Source of the DNA: Verrucomicrobiota bacterium
GTDB taxonomy: Bacteria > Verrucomicrobiota > Verrucomicrobiia > Limisphaerales > J093
Reading direction: 5' to 3'
Assembly: GCA_050012855.1 (NCBI GenBank)
Contig: JBEKGJ010000029.1
Location: forward strand, 128 to 64,127
DNA: 64,000 bases
A program made the translations under genes and the position numbers. This document shows positions 1-7,773 of this stretch, in pieces. The number at the start of each line of letters is the position of its first letter. The first letter of the stretch is position 1. The notes beneath the pieces are model-generated. The model was not told where the DNA came from. It saw only the letters and a list, made by a program, of their open reading frames with translations, and made no database searches.

Positions 1-59
1 GTTTTGCCGTAAATGACGGCCTCCTGCTTCCGGTGCTTGATGCGGACCGGGAACTTCAT
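1..59 (-). CDS. 5' end of a CDS that runs off the left edge (MKFPVRIKHRKQEAVIYGK...); possibly a tyrosine integrase, unverified
   Basis: The ATG is at 59-57 with GGAGG four nt upstream (rc of 64-68). The frame stays open to position 1. The gene start faces the 3' end of tRNA-Leu. Confidence 0.35.
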   Translation of the reverse strand, partial: MKFPVRIKHRKQEAVIYGK

Positions 60-136
60 TTTGCCTCCGGACTTCGCCGAAATCTGTGCGAAATCTGTGC
101 GGGAATCGGGAAAACCCTCGATTTCCGAAGGAAAAG

Positions 137-221
137 TGGTGCGGATAGCAGGACTTGAACCTGCACGCCTTTCGGCACTACCACCTCAAAGTAGCGTGTC
201 TGCCAATTCCACCATATCCGC
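137..221 (-). tRNA. tRNA-Leu (anticodon GAG), type II with long variable arm, CCA encoded
   Basis: The reverse complement reads GCGGATA TG GTGG..CAC G CTACT-TTGAGGT-GGTAG TGCCGAAAGGCG TGCAGGTTCAAGTCCTGC TATCCGC ACCA. The 7-bp acceptor stem, the T-arm GGTTCAAGTCC and an anticodon loop with GAG are all present. Confidence 0.9.
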
Positions 222-433
222 AACCAGGCCAAAATACGACGCACAACTGCCCCGCCGCAAGCGAATTTCGCCCGTGGACGAAACCGCGAATAGACTCAGG
301 TAGCTTGACCGTTTCGTGATCTGCGTGCCCTTCCGGCCCGGGAGAGCATACGCCTTGCCATGGGCGTGCCTGGGCAACCTGGCCAGGCCGCCGATTCCGG
401 GTTCACCCCTTCGAAAGGCGAGCTTGCGACGGA

Positions 434-1585
434 TTGCAGCTCGATCTGCCCCGAGGCCTGATCTTTTCAACAGGCGGCTGGCCGTCCGTGGTCGCCCGCG
501 CTACACTGTCCACCGTGATTCGCAACGTCATCCTCGACTGGTCCGGTACGCTCGTGGACGATCTGCCCGCCGTTCTCCACGCCAGCAACCGCGTCTTCCG
601 CCAGGCGGGGGTGCCGGAGATGACGCGCGACGAGTTCCGGGCCGAATTCTGCCTGCCGTTCAAAAAGTTCTATGACCGCCATGCCGCCCACGTGCCGCTG
701 CCACAGCTCGAAGCCTGGTTTCACAGCGCCTTCCGCGAGGCCCAGCACCTGGTGACCGAGCTGCCGCACGCCCGCGAGTTCCTGCAGTTTTGCCGCGATC
801 GTGGATTGCGCACCTTCCTGCTCAGCAGCGTTCACCGCGACCCCTACGCGGTCCAGGCCGCCTTGACGGGCTTTGATCGGTTCCTCGATCATCCCTACAT
901 CGAGGTTTGGGACAAGCGAACGAAGATCCACGAGCTGCTCCGCGAGCACGGCCTGGCACCGTTGGAGACGCTTTTTGTCGGCGACATGGAGCATGACATC
1001 GAAACCGCCCGCCACGGCGGCGTGCACTCCTGTGCCGTGCTCACCGGCTACAACCGGATCGTGCAGTTGCGCGCCAGCCAGCCCGATCTCATCGTCGAGC
1101 ACTTGGGCGAATTGCGCGACCTGCTCGCGCGGCACGGCCTGGATTTTGACGCCGTCCTGGCCGAGCGCGCCCGGCCGGTGGCGACGGTCGGCGCCCTTGT
1201 GTTCAACGATGCCGGCGAGGTGCTGATGGTGCGGACTTACAAGTGGTCGGACCTCTGGGGGATTCCCGGCGGCAAGATCAAGTTCGGCGAAACGTCGGTG
1301 GACGCGCTGCGCCGCGAGGTGAAGGAGGAAACCGATCTCGACGTGACCGACATCGAATTTGTGCTCGTGCAGGACTGCATCCACTCGACCGAATTCTACC
1401 GGGACGCCCATTTCATTCTGTTGAACTACACGTGCCGCAGTCCGGGCACGGCGGCGGTGAAACTGAACGCGGAAGGGCAGGAATTCCGCTGGCTCTCACC
1501 CGCAGCCGCGCTGGACCTGCCGCTCAACCAGCCCACCCGGGTGCTCGTCGAAGCGGTACTGACGCGTTCCCGGCACTCTCAATGA
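434..1585 (+). CDS. HAD-superfamily phosphatase / Nudix hydrolase fusion protein
   Basis: The N-terminal half has the HAD motifs 'VILDWSGTLVDD' and 'GDMEHDIETARHGG'. The C-terminal half has the Nudix box 'GGKIKFGETSVDALRREVKEETDL'. It is a single uninterrupted ORF, and the true start may lie downstream of 434. Confidence 0.85.
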   Translation: MQLDLPRGLIFSTGGWPSVVARATLSTVIRNVILDWSGTLVDDLPAVLHASNRVFRQAGVPEMTRDEFRAEFCLPFKKFYDRHAAHVPLPQLEAWFHSAFREAQHLVTELPHAREFLQFCRDRGLRTFLLSSVHRDPYAVQAALTGFDRFLDHPYIEVWDKRTKIHELLREHGLAPLETLFVGDMEHDIETARHGGVHSCAVLTGYNRIVQLRASQPDLIVEHLGELRDLLARHGLDFDAVLAERARPVATVGALVFNDAGEVLMVRTYKWSDLWGIPGGKIKFGETSVDALRREVKEETDLDVTDIEFVLVQDCIHSTEFYRDAHFILLNYTCRSPGTAAVKLNAEGQEFRWLSPAAALDLPLNQPTRVLVEAVLTRSRHSQ

Positions 1586-1932
1586 TGGACATGATTACCA
1601 TCCAGGACCTGGAGGTTCGCTACCGTGTCGGTGTGCCCGAGGAGGAGCGGGCGAAGCCGCAGCGGTTGTTGCTGACGGTGGCGATGGAACATGATTTTAC
1701 CGCGGCCGCCGCCGGCGACGATCTGACCTGCACGATTGACTATTTCGCCGTGAGCCGGCGGCTGCTGAGCTTGGGCGAGGGGCGAAGCTGGCGGTTGATC
1801 GAGACTCTCGCGGTGGACATCGCCGGTCTGCTGCGTTCGGAGTTTGGCGCAGCGCGCGTCACGGTCGAAGTGAAGAAGTTCATTCTGACGGAAGCGCGGT
1901 GGGTGGCCGTGCGTGTGACCCGGCCGCTCTGA
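1582..1932 (+). CDS. folB: 7,8-dihydroneopterin aldolase
   Basis: 'MMDMITIQDLEVRYRVGVPEEERAKPQRLLLTVAM...IDYFAVSRRL...' is typical of FolB. Its ATG overlaps the upstream stop (aATGAtg). Confidence 0.85.
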   Translation: MMDMITIQDLEVRYRVGVPEEERAKPQRLLLTVAMEHDFTAAAAGDDLTCTIDYFAVSRRLLSLGEGRSWRLIETLAVDIAGLLRSEFGAARVTVEVKKFILTEARWVAVRVTRPL

Positions 1933-1944
1933 TCCGGACGCGGC

Positions 1945-2967
1945 TCAGGCGAGCTCCCACCCCGGTTCGATCTCCGCGTCCAGCGGCGTGGGCGCCACCT
2001 GCCGCTGCCATTGCCGCTCGGCCAGGATGCCGACCATGGCGGCGTTGTCGGTGCAAAGGCCCGGTTCGGCAAGGCGGAGAGTGAGGCCGGCCTTCGCGCA
2101 GGCGGCCGCCAGTTCCCGGCGCAGCGCGCGGTTGCAGGTGACGCCGCCCGAGGCGGTAACACAGCCGACGCCGAGCCGGCAGGCCGCGCGCACGGTCTTC
2201 GTCACCAGCACGTCAACGATCGCCACCTGCACGCTGGCGCATAAGTCGTGCAAGTGCTGCGGGTCGTCGGCCAGTCCGGGGTGGTCCCGCAGAAAATAGC
2301 GGACGGAGGTTTTCAGGCCGCTGAAGCTGAAATCGTCGTTGGGTTCGCGCACGAGCGGCCGGGGGAAGGCGAACGCGCTCGGATCGCCGGTTTCCGCCAA
2401 CCGGTCCACCACCGGTCCGCCGGGGTAAGGCAGGCCGAGGAGCTTGGCGGTCTTGTCAAAACACTCGCCGGCGGCGTCGTCCAGGGTTGAGCCCAAGACC
2501 CGGTGCTGCAATTCGGCGGGGACATGGACCAGCAGCGTGTGGCCGCCGCTGACGATCAAGGCCACGTTTGGCTGGAACGCCGCGAATTGCGCCCGCTGGG
2601 GCGTGCCGCCGACCCACGCCGAGTAGAGATGGGCCTCGTGGTGGTTGATCCCGAAAAACGGGCGTCGCAACGCGAACGCGATCGCCTGTGCCGCCTTGAG
2701 CCCCACCAACAGGGCGCTGGGCAGGCCGGGTCCACGCGTGGCGGCGACGGCCTGGAGTTCGGTCGCGTTGATCCCGGCCTGGTCCATCGCCTGGCGTGCC
2801 AGGGGGAGGAGATTGCGCAGGTGTTCGCGCGTGGCCAGTTCCGGCACGACCCCGCCGTATTCGGCGTGGAGCTGGATTTGCGACGAGACGAGGCAGGAAC
2901 GGACTTCGCCCGCGTGGACGACAGCGACGCTGGTTTCGTCGCAGGAGGTCTCAATGGCCAGGAGCAC
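1945..2967 (-). CDS. tsaD: tRNA N6-adenosine threonylcarbamoyltransferase
   Basis: The N-terminus 'MLLAIETSCDETSVAVV', 'GINHHEAHL' and the C-terminal 'LCTDNAAMV' are classic TsaD/Gcp motifs. Confidence 0.95.
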   Translation of the reverse strand: MLLAIETSCDETSVAVVHAGEVRSCLVSSQIQLHAEYGGVVPELATREHLRNLLPLARQAMDQAGINATELQAVAATRGPGLPSALLVGLKAAQAIAFALRRPFFGINHHEAHLYSAWVGGTPQRAQFAAFQPNVALIVSGGHTLLVHVPAELQHRVLGSTLDDAAGECFDKTAKLLGLPYPGGPVVDRLAETGDPSAFAFPRPLVREPNDDFSFSGLKTSVRYFLRDHPGLADDPQHLHDLCASVQVAIVDVLVTKTVRAACRLGVGCVTASGGVTCNRALRRELAAACAKAGLTLRLAEPGLCTDNAAMVGILAERQWQRQVAPTPLDAEIEPGWELA

Positions 2968-3001
2968 GGCAGGGTGCGACCGCGGGGGAGAGCGGGGTGG
3001 T

Positions 3002-4333
3002 TCAGTTGGCGGCCACCTTGCCTGATCGCTCGACCTTGGCCGCCTTGTGTGTGTCGGCCTCGCGGCGGGTGAACAGCGTGATGCCTTTCAGCAGATCCAT
3101 CGCCTGATCGAGTTGGACGTCATGCACCTTGATGACCCGCTCACGCTGGTCCGGATCCAGGCTGTCCGCCAAACCCGGGGTGCGTTTGAGGAAGACCGCC
3201 TGGGTGTCTTCCTCGGACATGGGCACCACAATGTCCGGCGTGATGCCCTTCTCGTGGATCACCTTGTGGCTGGGGGTATAGTATTTGGCCGTCGTCAGCC
3301 GCAGGCCGCAGCCGCCGGGGAGGTTGATGATGCTTTGCACCGAGCCCTTGCCGAAGGATTGCTCGCCGAGGATCACGGCGCGTTTCAAATCCTGCAGGCA
3401 GCCCGCGACGATCTCGGAGGCGCTGGCGCTGCCGCCGTTGACGAGCACCACCATCGGGGTCTTAAAGGGATCGCGACCCGAGGCATGGTATTCGTGCTTT
3501 TCGGTCGGATCGCGGCCCTCGGTGGAAACGATCAGGGTTCCGGACTTAAGAAACGGGGAACAGACCTCGACGGCCTCGTCGAGCAATCCGCCGGGATTGT
3601 CGCGCAAGTCCAGGATCAATCCCTGCATGTCCTGCGCCTTGAGTTTCTGCAGGGCCGCGGCGAGTTCGCTGTCGGTGTGCTCCCCGAACTGGCTGATGCG
3701 GATGTAGCCGAGCTTGTTGTCGCTGACCGGATATTCGCCCTTGCTGTTGATATCACGGACCGTTTCGACCTTGATGTCCTCGCGTTTGAGCACGAAGTCC
3801 TTCACGATGCCCGTGGACGGGCGGAGGATGGTGAGGGTGACCACGGTGCCGGAGGCGCCACGCAGGTGCTTGACGGCTTCGGTCAGGCCGAACCGCTCGG
3901 AGTTCTTGCCGTCAATCTTCATGATGCGGTCGCCTGGGAGGATGCCCGCGCGCGCGGCCGGGGTGTCGTCCATCGGCGCGATGACGGTGAGGTAGTCACC
4001 GCGGACGCCCACCTGGATGCCAACGCCGCCGAAGCTGCCCTCGGTTTCCTTCTTCAACTCGTCGTATTTCTGCGCGTCCATGAATTCGCTGTGCGGGTCC
4101 AGCGTGCCGATCATGCCCTTCAGCGCGCCGTAGATGAGCTCCTGGTAGCTGAGTTTGTCCCCGTCCACGTAATCCTCGCGCACCCGTTCGAGGACCAGCG
4201 TGAACAGGCGGAGGTTGGAATAGATGTCATCCTTGCCGGCCGCCTCGGCGGAGTGCAGGTAAACCTGCGCGCCGAAGAAGAGGTTCACGGCCAGGGCGGC
4301 GATCAACGCCGGATAAAACAGTCGCTTCTTCAT
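3002..4333 (-). CDS. Carboxy-terminal processing (tail-specific) protease, peptidase S41
   Basis: It has a signal/TM N-terminus, a PDZ-like 'GILPGDRIMKIDG', and the S41 motifs 'NGGSASASEIVAG' and 'SFGKGSVQ'. Confidence 0.9.
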   Translation of the reverse strand: MKKRLFYPALIAALAVNLFFGAQVYLHSAEAAGKDDIYSNLRLFTLVLERVREDYVDGDKLSYQELIYGALKGMIGTLDPHSEFMDAQKYDELKKETEGSFGGVGIQVGVRGDYLTVIAPMDDTPAARAGILPGDRIMKIDGKNSERFGLTEAVKHLRGASGTVVTLTILRPSTGIVKDFVLKREDIKVETVRDINSKGEYPVSDNKLGYIRISQFGEHTDSELAAALQKLKAQDMQGLILDLRDNPGGLLDEAVEVCSPFLKSGTLIVSTEGRDPTEKHEYHASGRDPFKTPMVVLVNGGSASASEIVAGCLQDLKRAVILGEQSFGKGSVQSIINLPGGCGLRLTTAKYYTPSHKVIHEKGITPDIVVPMSEEDTQAVFLKRTPGLADSLDPDQRERVIKVHDVQLDQAMDLLKGITLFTRREADTHKAAKVERSGKVAAN

Positions 4334-4509
4334 GATGGGAAAAACCCGTTCAAATCCTCCGGGACATTACGGGCGGAAGCCCCGGATGGCAAGGGCGGCG
4401 TTCCCGTCGGCAGTGTCACATCTCGTGGAGCGCCCCCGCGAGCCGGCTCGTCAGGTGTTGCCCCACCAGAACAGGAAACTACCTTCCCGCCTTGCCGGGC
4501 CGGGGCCGT

Positions 4510-5199
4510 TTAGCCGGGCGCGAACCGACGCAACTGCAGTTCCACCCACGGCAGCGTCGCTGGCGTGGTCACCTTCGGGTTGGGCGTGGGGCTCTCGACA
4601 AGTCGCACCGGTTGTCCGATCAACTCGCAGGCCGCCGTGTCGTCGGTGATGACGCGGCCCTGCTCGCGCACGGCGGTGAGCGCCCGGAGGATGACCGCCA
4701 GCCGGAAAGCCTGCGGCGTTTGCACGGTCCAGAGCTTCGAACGGTCGAGATGCGCGGTCACCAACGTGCCGTGCTCCGCCACCTTGACCGTGTCGGTGAT
4801 CCGCTCCGCCGCCACCGCGGCGCCGGTTTCGCGCGCCGCCGCCAAGGTGGCGGCGATCAACGCGGGCGACGTGCAGGGCCGCGCGCCGTCGTGGATGGCG
4901 ACCAGCTCGCAGCCGGGCGTCACCGCCTGGAGGCCGTTCCAGACCGAATCCTGTCGCGCGGCGCCGCCGGCAGCGAAACGATGGGGTTTGCGGAAGCCGA
5001 AGCGGCCGGCCAGTTCGGCGAACACCGGTTCCAGGCCTGGCCGCACCACCAGCACGATTTCGTCCACGTCAGCGGCCTCTTCCCAGCGTTGCCAGGTGTG
5101 GGCGATTACCGGCCGGTCCGCGAGTTCGAGGAACAACTTGTCCACGCCCGGGCCCATGCGGGTGCCCGAACCGGCGGCTACGATCACGACACTATTCAT
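4510..5199 (-). CDS. ispD: 2-C-methyl-D-erythritol 4-phosphate cytidylyltransferase
   Basis: 'VVIVAAGSGTRMG...DKLFLEL..RPVIAHT' and 'VAIHDGARP' are IspD signatures. Confidence 0.9.
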   Translation of the reverse strand: MNSVVIVAAGSGTRMGPGVDKLFLELADRPVIAHTWQRWEEAADVDEIVLVVRPGLEPVFAELAGRFGFRKPHRFAAGGAARQDSVWNGLQAVTPGCELVAIHDGARPCTSPALIAATLAAARETGAAVAAERITDTVKVAEHGTLVTAHLDRSKLWTVQTPQAFRLAVILRALTAVREQGRVITDDTAACELIGQPVRLVESPTPNPKVTTPATLPWVELQLRRFAPG

Positions 5200-5238
5200 G
5201 GGACGCGGCCGGGGGATGACGGCGTGTCGGGCGGCGGC

Positions 5239-5628
5239 TCAATTCTTCCAATCGAACGCCTTTTTCTTCAGGGCATACACATAGCCAACCAGCAGCACGC
5301 TCAGGAACGACAGCATCGCGAAGAAAACCAGGTTCGCGGTGGCCGGGTCGGCCAGCAGGCGCTTGAACACCACGGCCCACGGGTAAAGGAACACAATTTC
5401 AATGTCGAAGAGGATGAAGAGCATCGCCACGAGGTGGAACTTGACGGAGAGGCGGGGGTTGCCGGCGCCCACCGGAATCATGCCGCACTCGTAGGCGGTG
5501 TCCTTGATCTTGGTGCGGCGGGCGCGCTTGCCCAGCAGCACGGACCCGATCATCATCCCGCCGGTGACGATCACCGCCAGAGCGACCAGCATCAGGACCG
5601 GCACATATTGCGCAACCTGCGAATCCAT
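5239..5628 (-). CDS. nuoA: NADH-quinone oxidoreductase subunit A
   Basis: 'YECGMIPVG....RLSVKFHLVAMLFILFDIEIVFLYPWAVVF' is the NuoA/ND3 core, and there are three TM segments. Confidence 0.9.
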   Translation of the reverse strand: MDSQVAQYVPVLMLVALAVIVTGGMMIGSVLLGKRARRTKIKDTAYECGMIPVGAGNPRLSVKFHLVAMLFILFDIEIVFLYPWAVVFKRLLADPATANLVFFAMLSFLSVLLVGYVYALKKKAFDWKN

Positions 5629-5694
5629 GGCGGGAAAATAGGGCGCTTTGGCGTCCGCGCAAGCCCTAACCCGCCCCGTTTCCGGCGAGCGGTC

Positions 5695-6174
5695 TCAGTC
5701 CGGGCGTCCGCGGTGGGGGCAGGTCCCCTGCTCGTGGAACGCCTTGCAGGCGCCCACCACCTGCAACCGCCATCCGACGGTCGCGAAACCAAGCTGTTCA
5801 CAAATGCCCCGGCCCAGCTCCAGCATTTCCGGGTTTTCAAACTCGATCACGCGCCCGCAATCCTGGCAGACCAAGTGGCTGTGGTTCGGATTGCCCGCAA
5901 AGTTGGGATCGTACCATTTCCGATCGGCACCCAGTTCGATCTCGCGCAGCAGGCCGGTGGCGGTGAGGGATTGCAGGGTGCGATACACCGTGGCGCGCGA
6001 CACCGAGGCGTCCCGCTGACGCGCCCAGGCCAGCAATTGGTCCGCCGTGAAATGCTCGTGGGTGCTGAATACCGCATCCACGATGGCGCGCCGTTGCGCC
6101 GTCAGCCGCCAGCGTCGCCGGGCGAGCAACGCCCAGATTGACTGGCGGTCGCCCGCGGGATCGGGGAGAGCCAT
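5695..6174 (-). CDS. Fur-family transcriptional regulator (Fur/Zur/PerR type not resolved)
   Basis: It has the wHTH 'SRATVYRTLQSLTATGLL', then 'HSHLVCQDCGRVIEF' and a C-terminal Cys/His region. Confidence 0.85.
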   Translation of the reverse strand: MALPDPAGDRQSIWALLARRRWRLTAQRRAIVDAVFSTHEHFTADQLLAWARQRDASVSRATVYRTLQSLTATGLLREIELGADRKWYDPNFAGNPNHSHLVCQDCGRVIEFENPEMLELGRGICEQLGFATVGWRLQVVGACKAFHEQGTCPHRGRPD

Positions 6175-6245
6175 TCATGGAGGATGGCGCATGATCCCGT
6201 GCAAGTCAACGCGGTGCCGGCGGCGACGCGGGAGGCCGGTAGCGA

Positions 6246-6404
6246 GGCGCGTATGCTCCCCGGAGCGTCATTCTGGTTTGGGGAGCGCACCCGCCCCGGG
6301 TGCCGTGGCGGGCGCCTCGCCCGCCACATCGGCAACCACGGGAGATCGAAGAACCGCCCGGCGAGGGCGCCGGGGGGCGACACGCGGGGCGCGTATGCTC
6401 CCCA
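6246..6404. repeat. GC-rich repeat patch: direct 16-mers 'ggcgcgtatgctcccc' at 6246-6261 and 6388-6404 flanking hairpins
   Basis: I read these directly from the sequence. A 10-bp perfect stem 'gtggcgggcg cct cgcccgccac' lies at 6305-6327, and 'gctcccc...ggggagc' lies at 6255-6288. Confidence 0.5.
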
Positions 6405-6655
6405 GAAAAAACTCGGTCAGCGGTCGCGAGGGCGTCCGCTTGCCCGGCCCAAGGACCAACTGGCTTTCTTGTCCCGGCGAACCACGCCCGGCCTCGGCGT
6501 CCCCGGGCGTGCACCACCGGCGCAATGCCCTGAGAACAAGCTTGCTGCGTGCCGCTCCGGCGGGTACCGTCCCTTTCCATGAGCAGCCCAGGACCACTTC
6601 CACTTTCGCCCCTGGCTTGGCCCCAATGATGCTGTTATGGCAACAGGAGATAGGT

Positions 6656-7081
6656 ATGAGAATCATCAAATTGAGTCCCGACGACATTGACTTCCCAGAT
6701 CGAGCCAGTGTGGACGTATACTTCGAGATGACGTTGGCAAGAAGAGATCCAGTGGGACAGTTTCTACTCACACGAGGCCGAATCGCCGACCGCGGAATCG
6801 AACCTGGCGAACCGATCATCTTCTCGTACAAGACTGAGATCACCCACACTGCCAGGGCCGCGTCAGGCAGATTACGGAGTAATCAGGCCGACAGTCAGAT
6901 GTATCCATTCTTCTTTCTCGTAGACATGGGTACGGTTTCCAAAGCGCATGGCAATCTCTCTGATGTTGAAACCCGCCTCGCCGCCGCCGGATGTCAGAAG
7001 AACATCATTCGTACCCAAGGTTGGCCGATCATTTCCGATAAACATATTGTTGATTCTATCTGGAACGATCTCAGAAAATAG
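6656..7081 (+). CDS. Hypothetical protein (141 aa), low-GC islet gene 1; family not recognised
   Basis: The ATG at 6656 is preceded by AGGAGA (6645-6650). GC drops visibly from this point. The upstream part of ORF 6047.. is an Arg-rich translation of repeats. Confidence 0.7.
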   Translation: MRIIKLSPDDIDFPDRASVDVYFEMTLARRDPVGQFLLTRGRIADRGIEPGEPIIFSYKTEITHTARAASGRLRSNQADSQMYPFFFLVDMGTVSKAHGNLSDVETRLAAAGCQKNIIRTQGWPIISDKHIVDSIWNDLRK

Positions 7082-7123
7082 CTCGAACTACGGCCTGGTG
7101 CTGACCGCTAACCGCGTCAGCAC

Positions 7124-7606
7124 ATGCCGACCCTTCGACATAGGAAGTACACCATGCCAGCCAAACGCCAAAACACCAAACTCGAGTCTGAAGGCGCCGA
7201 ATTCTTGGTCCTCGGCAATCTCCTCATTGAGGGCATATCGGCCTACAAAGCCTATGTGAACTTCCCAGGATATGACCTTATGGGAGTGAATCCTGAAACC
7301 CGGAAGGTCGCGCGCTTACAGGTAAAGAGCCGATGGGCAACCAACTACGACAAGAGTTTTCCCATCAAGAATTTTGCGTGTGACTTTGTCATTCACGTTG
7401 CCCTTAACCGCGGCTACGCATTTGGAAAGAGTGCTGCCCAGAATGATCCAGGAGTAAAACCTCCCGACTTTTACGTTTTTCCGGTCGACGTCTTGAAGAC
7501 CGCCCAGAATGTCAGAGACTCATGGGGGAAGGTTCACATACCGAAGATTCCGAATCTGGACGATTACCGGAATAACTGGAGCTTGATTAGAGACTTTCTT
7601 GAATGA
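7124..7606 (+). CDS. PD-(D/E)xK (Hjc/restriction-endonuclease-like) nuclease-fold protein, low-GC islet gene 2
   Basis: 'SEGAEFLVLGNLL...PGYDLMGV....ARLQVKSR' fits the E...D...(E/Q)xK catalytic pattern. An alternative start lies at 7154 (MPAKRQ). Confidence 0.65.
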   Translation: MPTLRHRKYTMPAKRQNTKLESEGAEFLVLGNLLIEGISAYKAYVNFPGYDLMGVNPETRKVARLQVKSRWATNYDKSFPIKNFACDFVIHVALNRGYAFGKSAAQNDPGVKPPDFYVFPVDVLKTAQNVRDSWGKVHIPKIPNLDDYRNNWSLIRDFLE

Positions 7607-7773
7607 AGTCGAACACACAAACGCATTGCCTCGGGCGCGTCGGCGAGCCTCGAGGCCATGCGTGGTTGAGCGAGCCCGGCCGAAGCGGTTTCAGTATGTA
7701 GTTAGCTTTACTTCCTCTGCACAGCACGCTCGCCCGTGGTCGGGATTCACCGCTGCACGCGTGAGCGCCTGCG

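Noticed and set aside
13-675. Small ORFs (13..303, 56..244, 186..470, 316..675) around the tRNA.
   Set aside because: They overlap the tRNA-Leu gene or the leader of the HAD-Nudix gene. They have no RBS and no coherent composition.
3047-4513. A 488-aa plus-strand ORF antisense to the S41 protease. The same phenomenon occurs at 12184..13647, 13616..14830, 21851..23302, 34258..35655, 36392..38011, 37710..39506 and 61371..62783.
   Set aside because: Each of these lies opposite a gene with clear family motifs and has low-complexity R/G/A/P/D-rich composition. I consider them GC-driven open frames, not genes.
6047-6655. The N-terminal 200 codons of ORF 6047..7081.
   Set aside because: This part is an Arg/Pro/Gly-rich translation of the GC-rich repeat patch. 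A strong RBS plus ATG at 6656 coincides with the GC drop, so the real gene is taken as 6656..7081.
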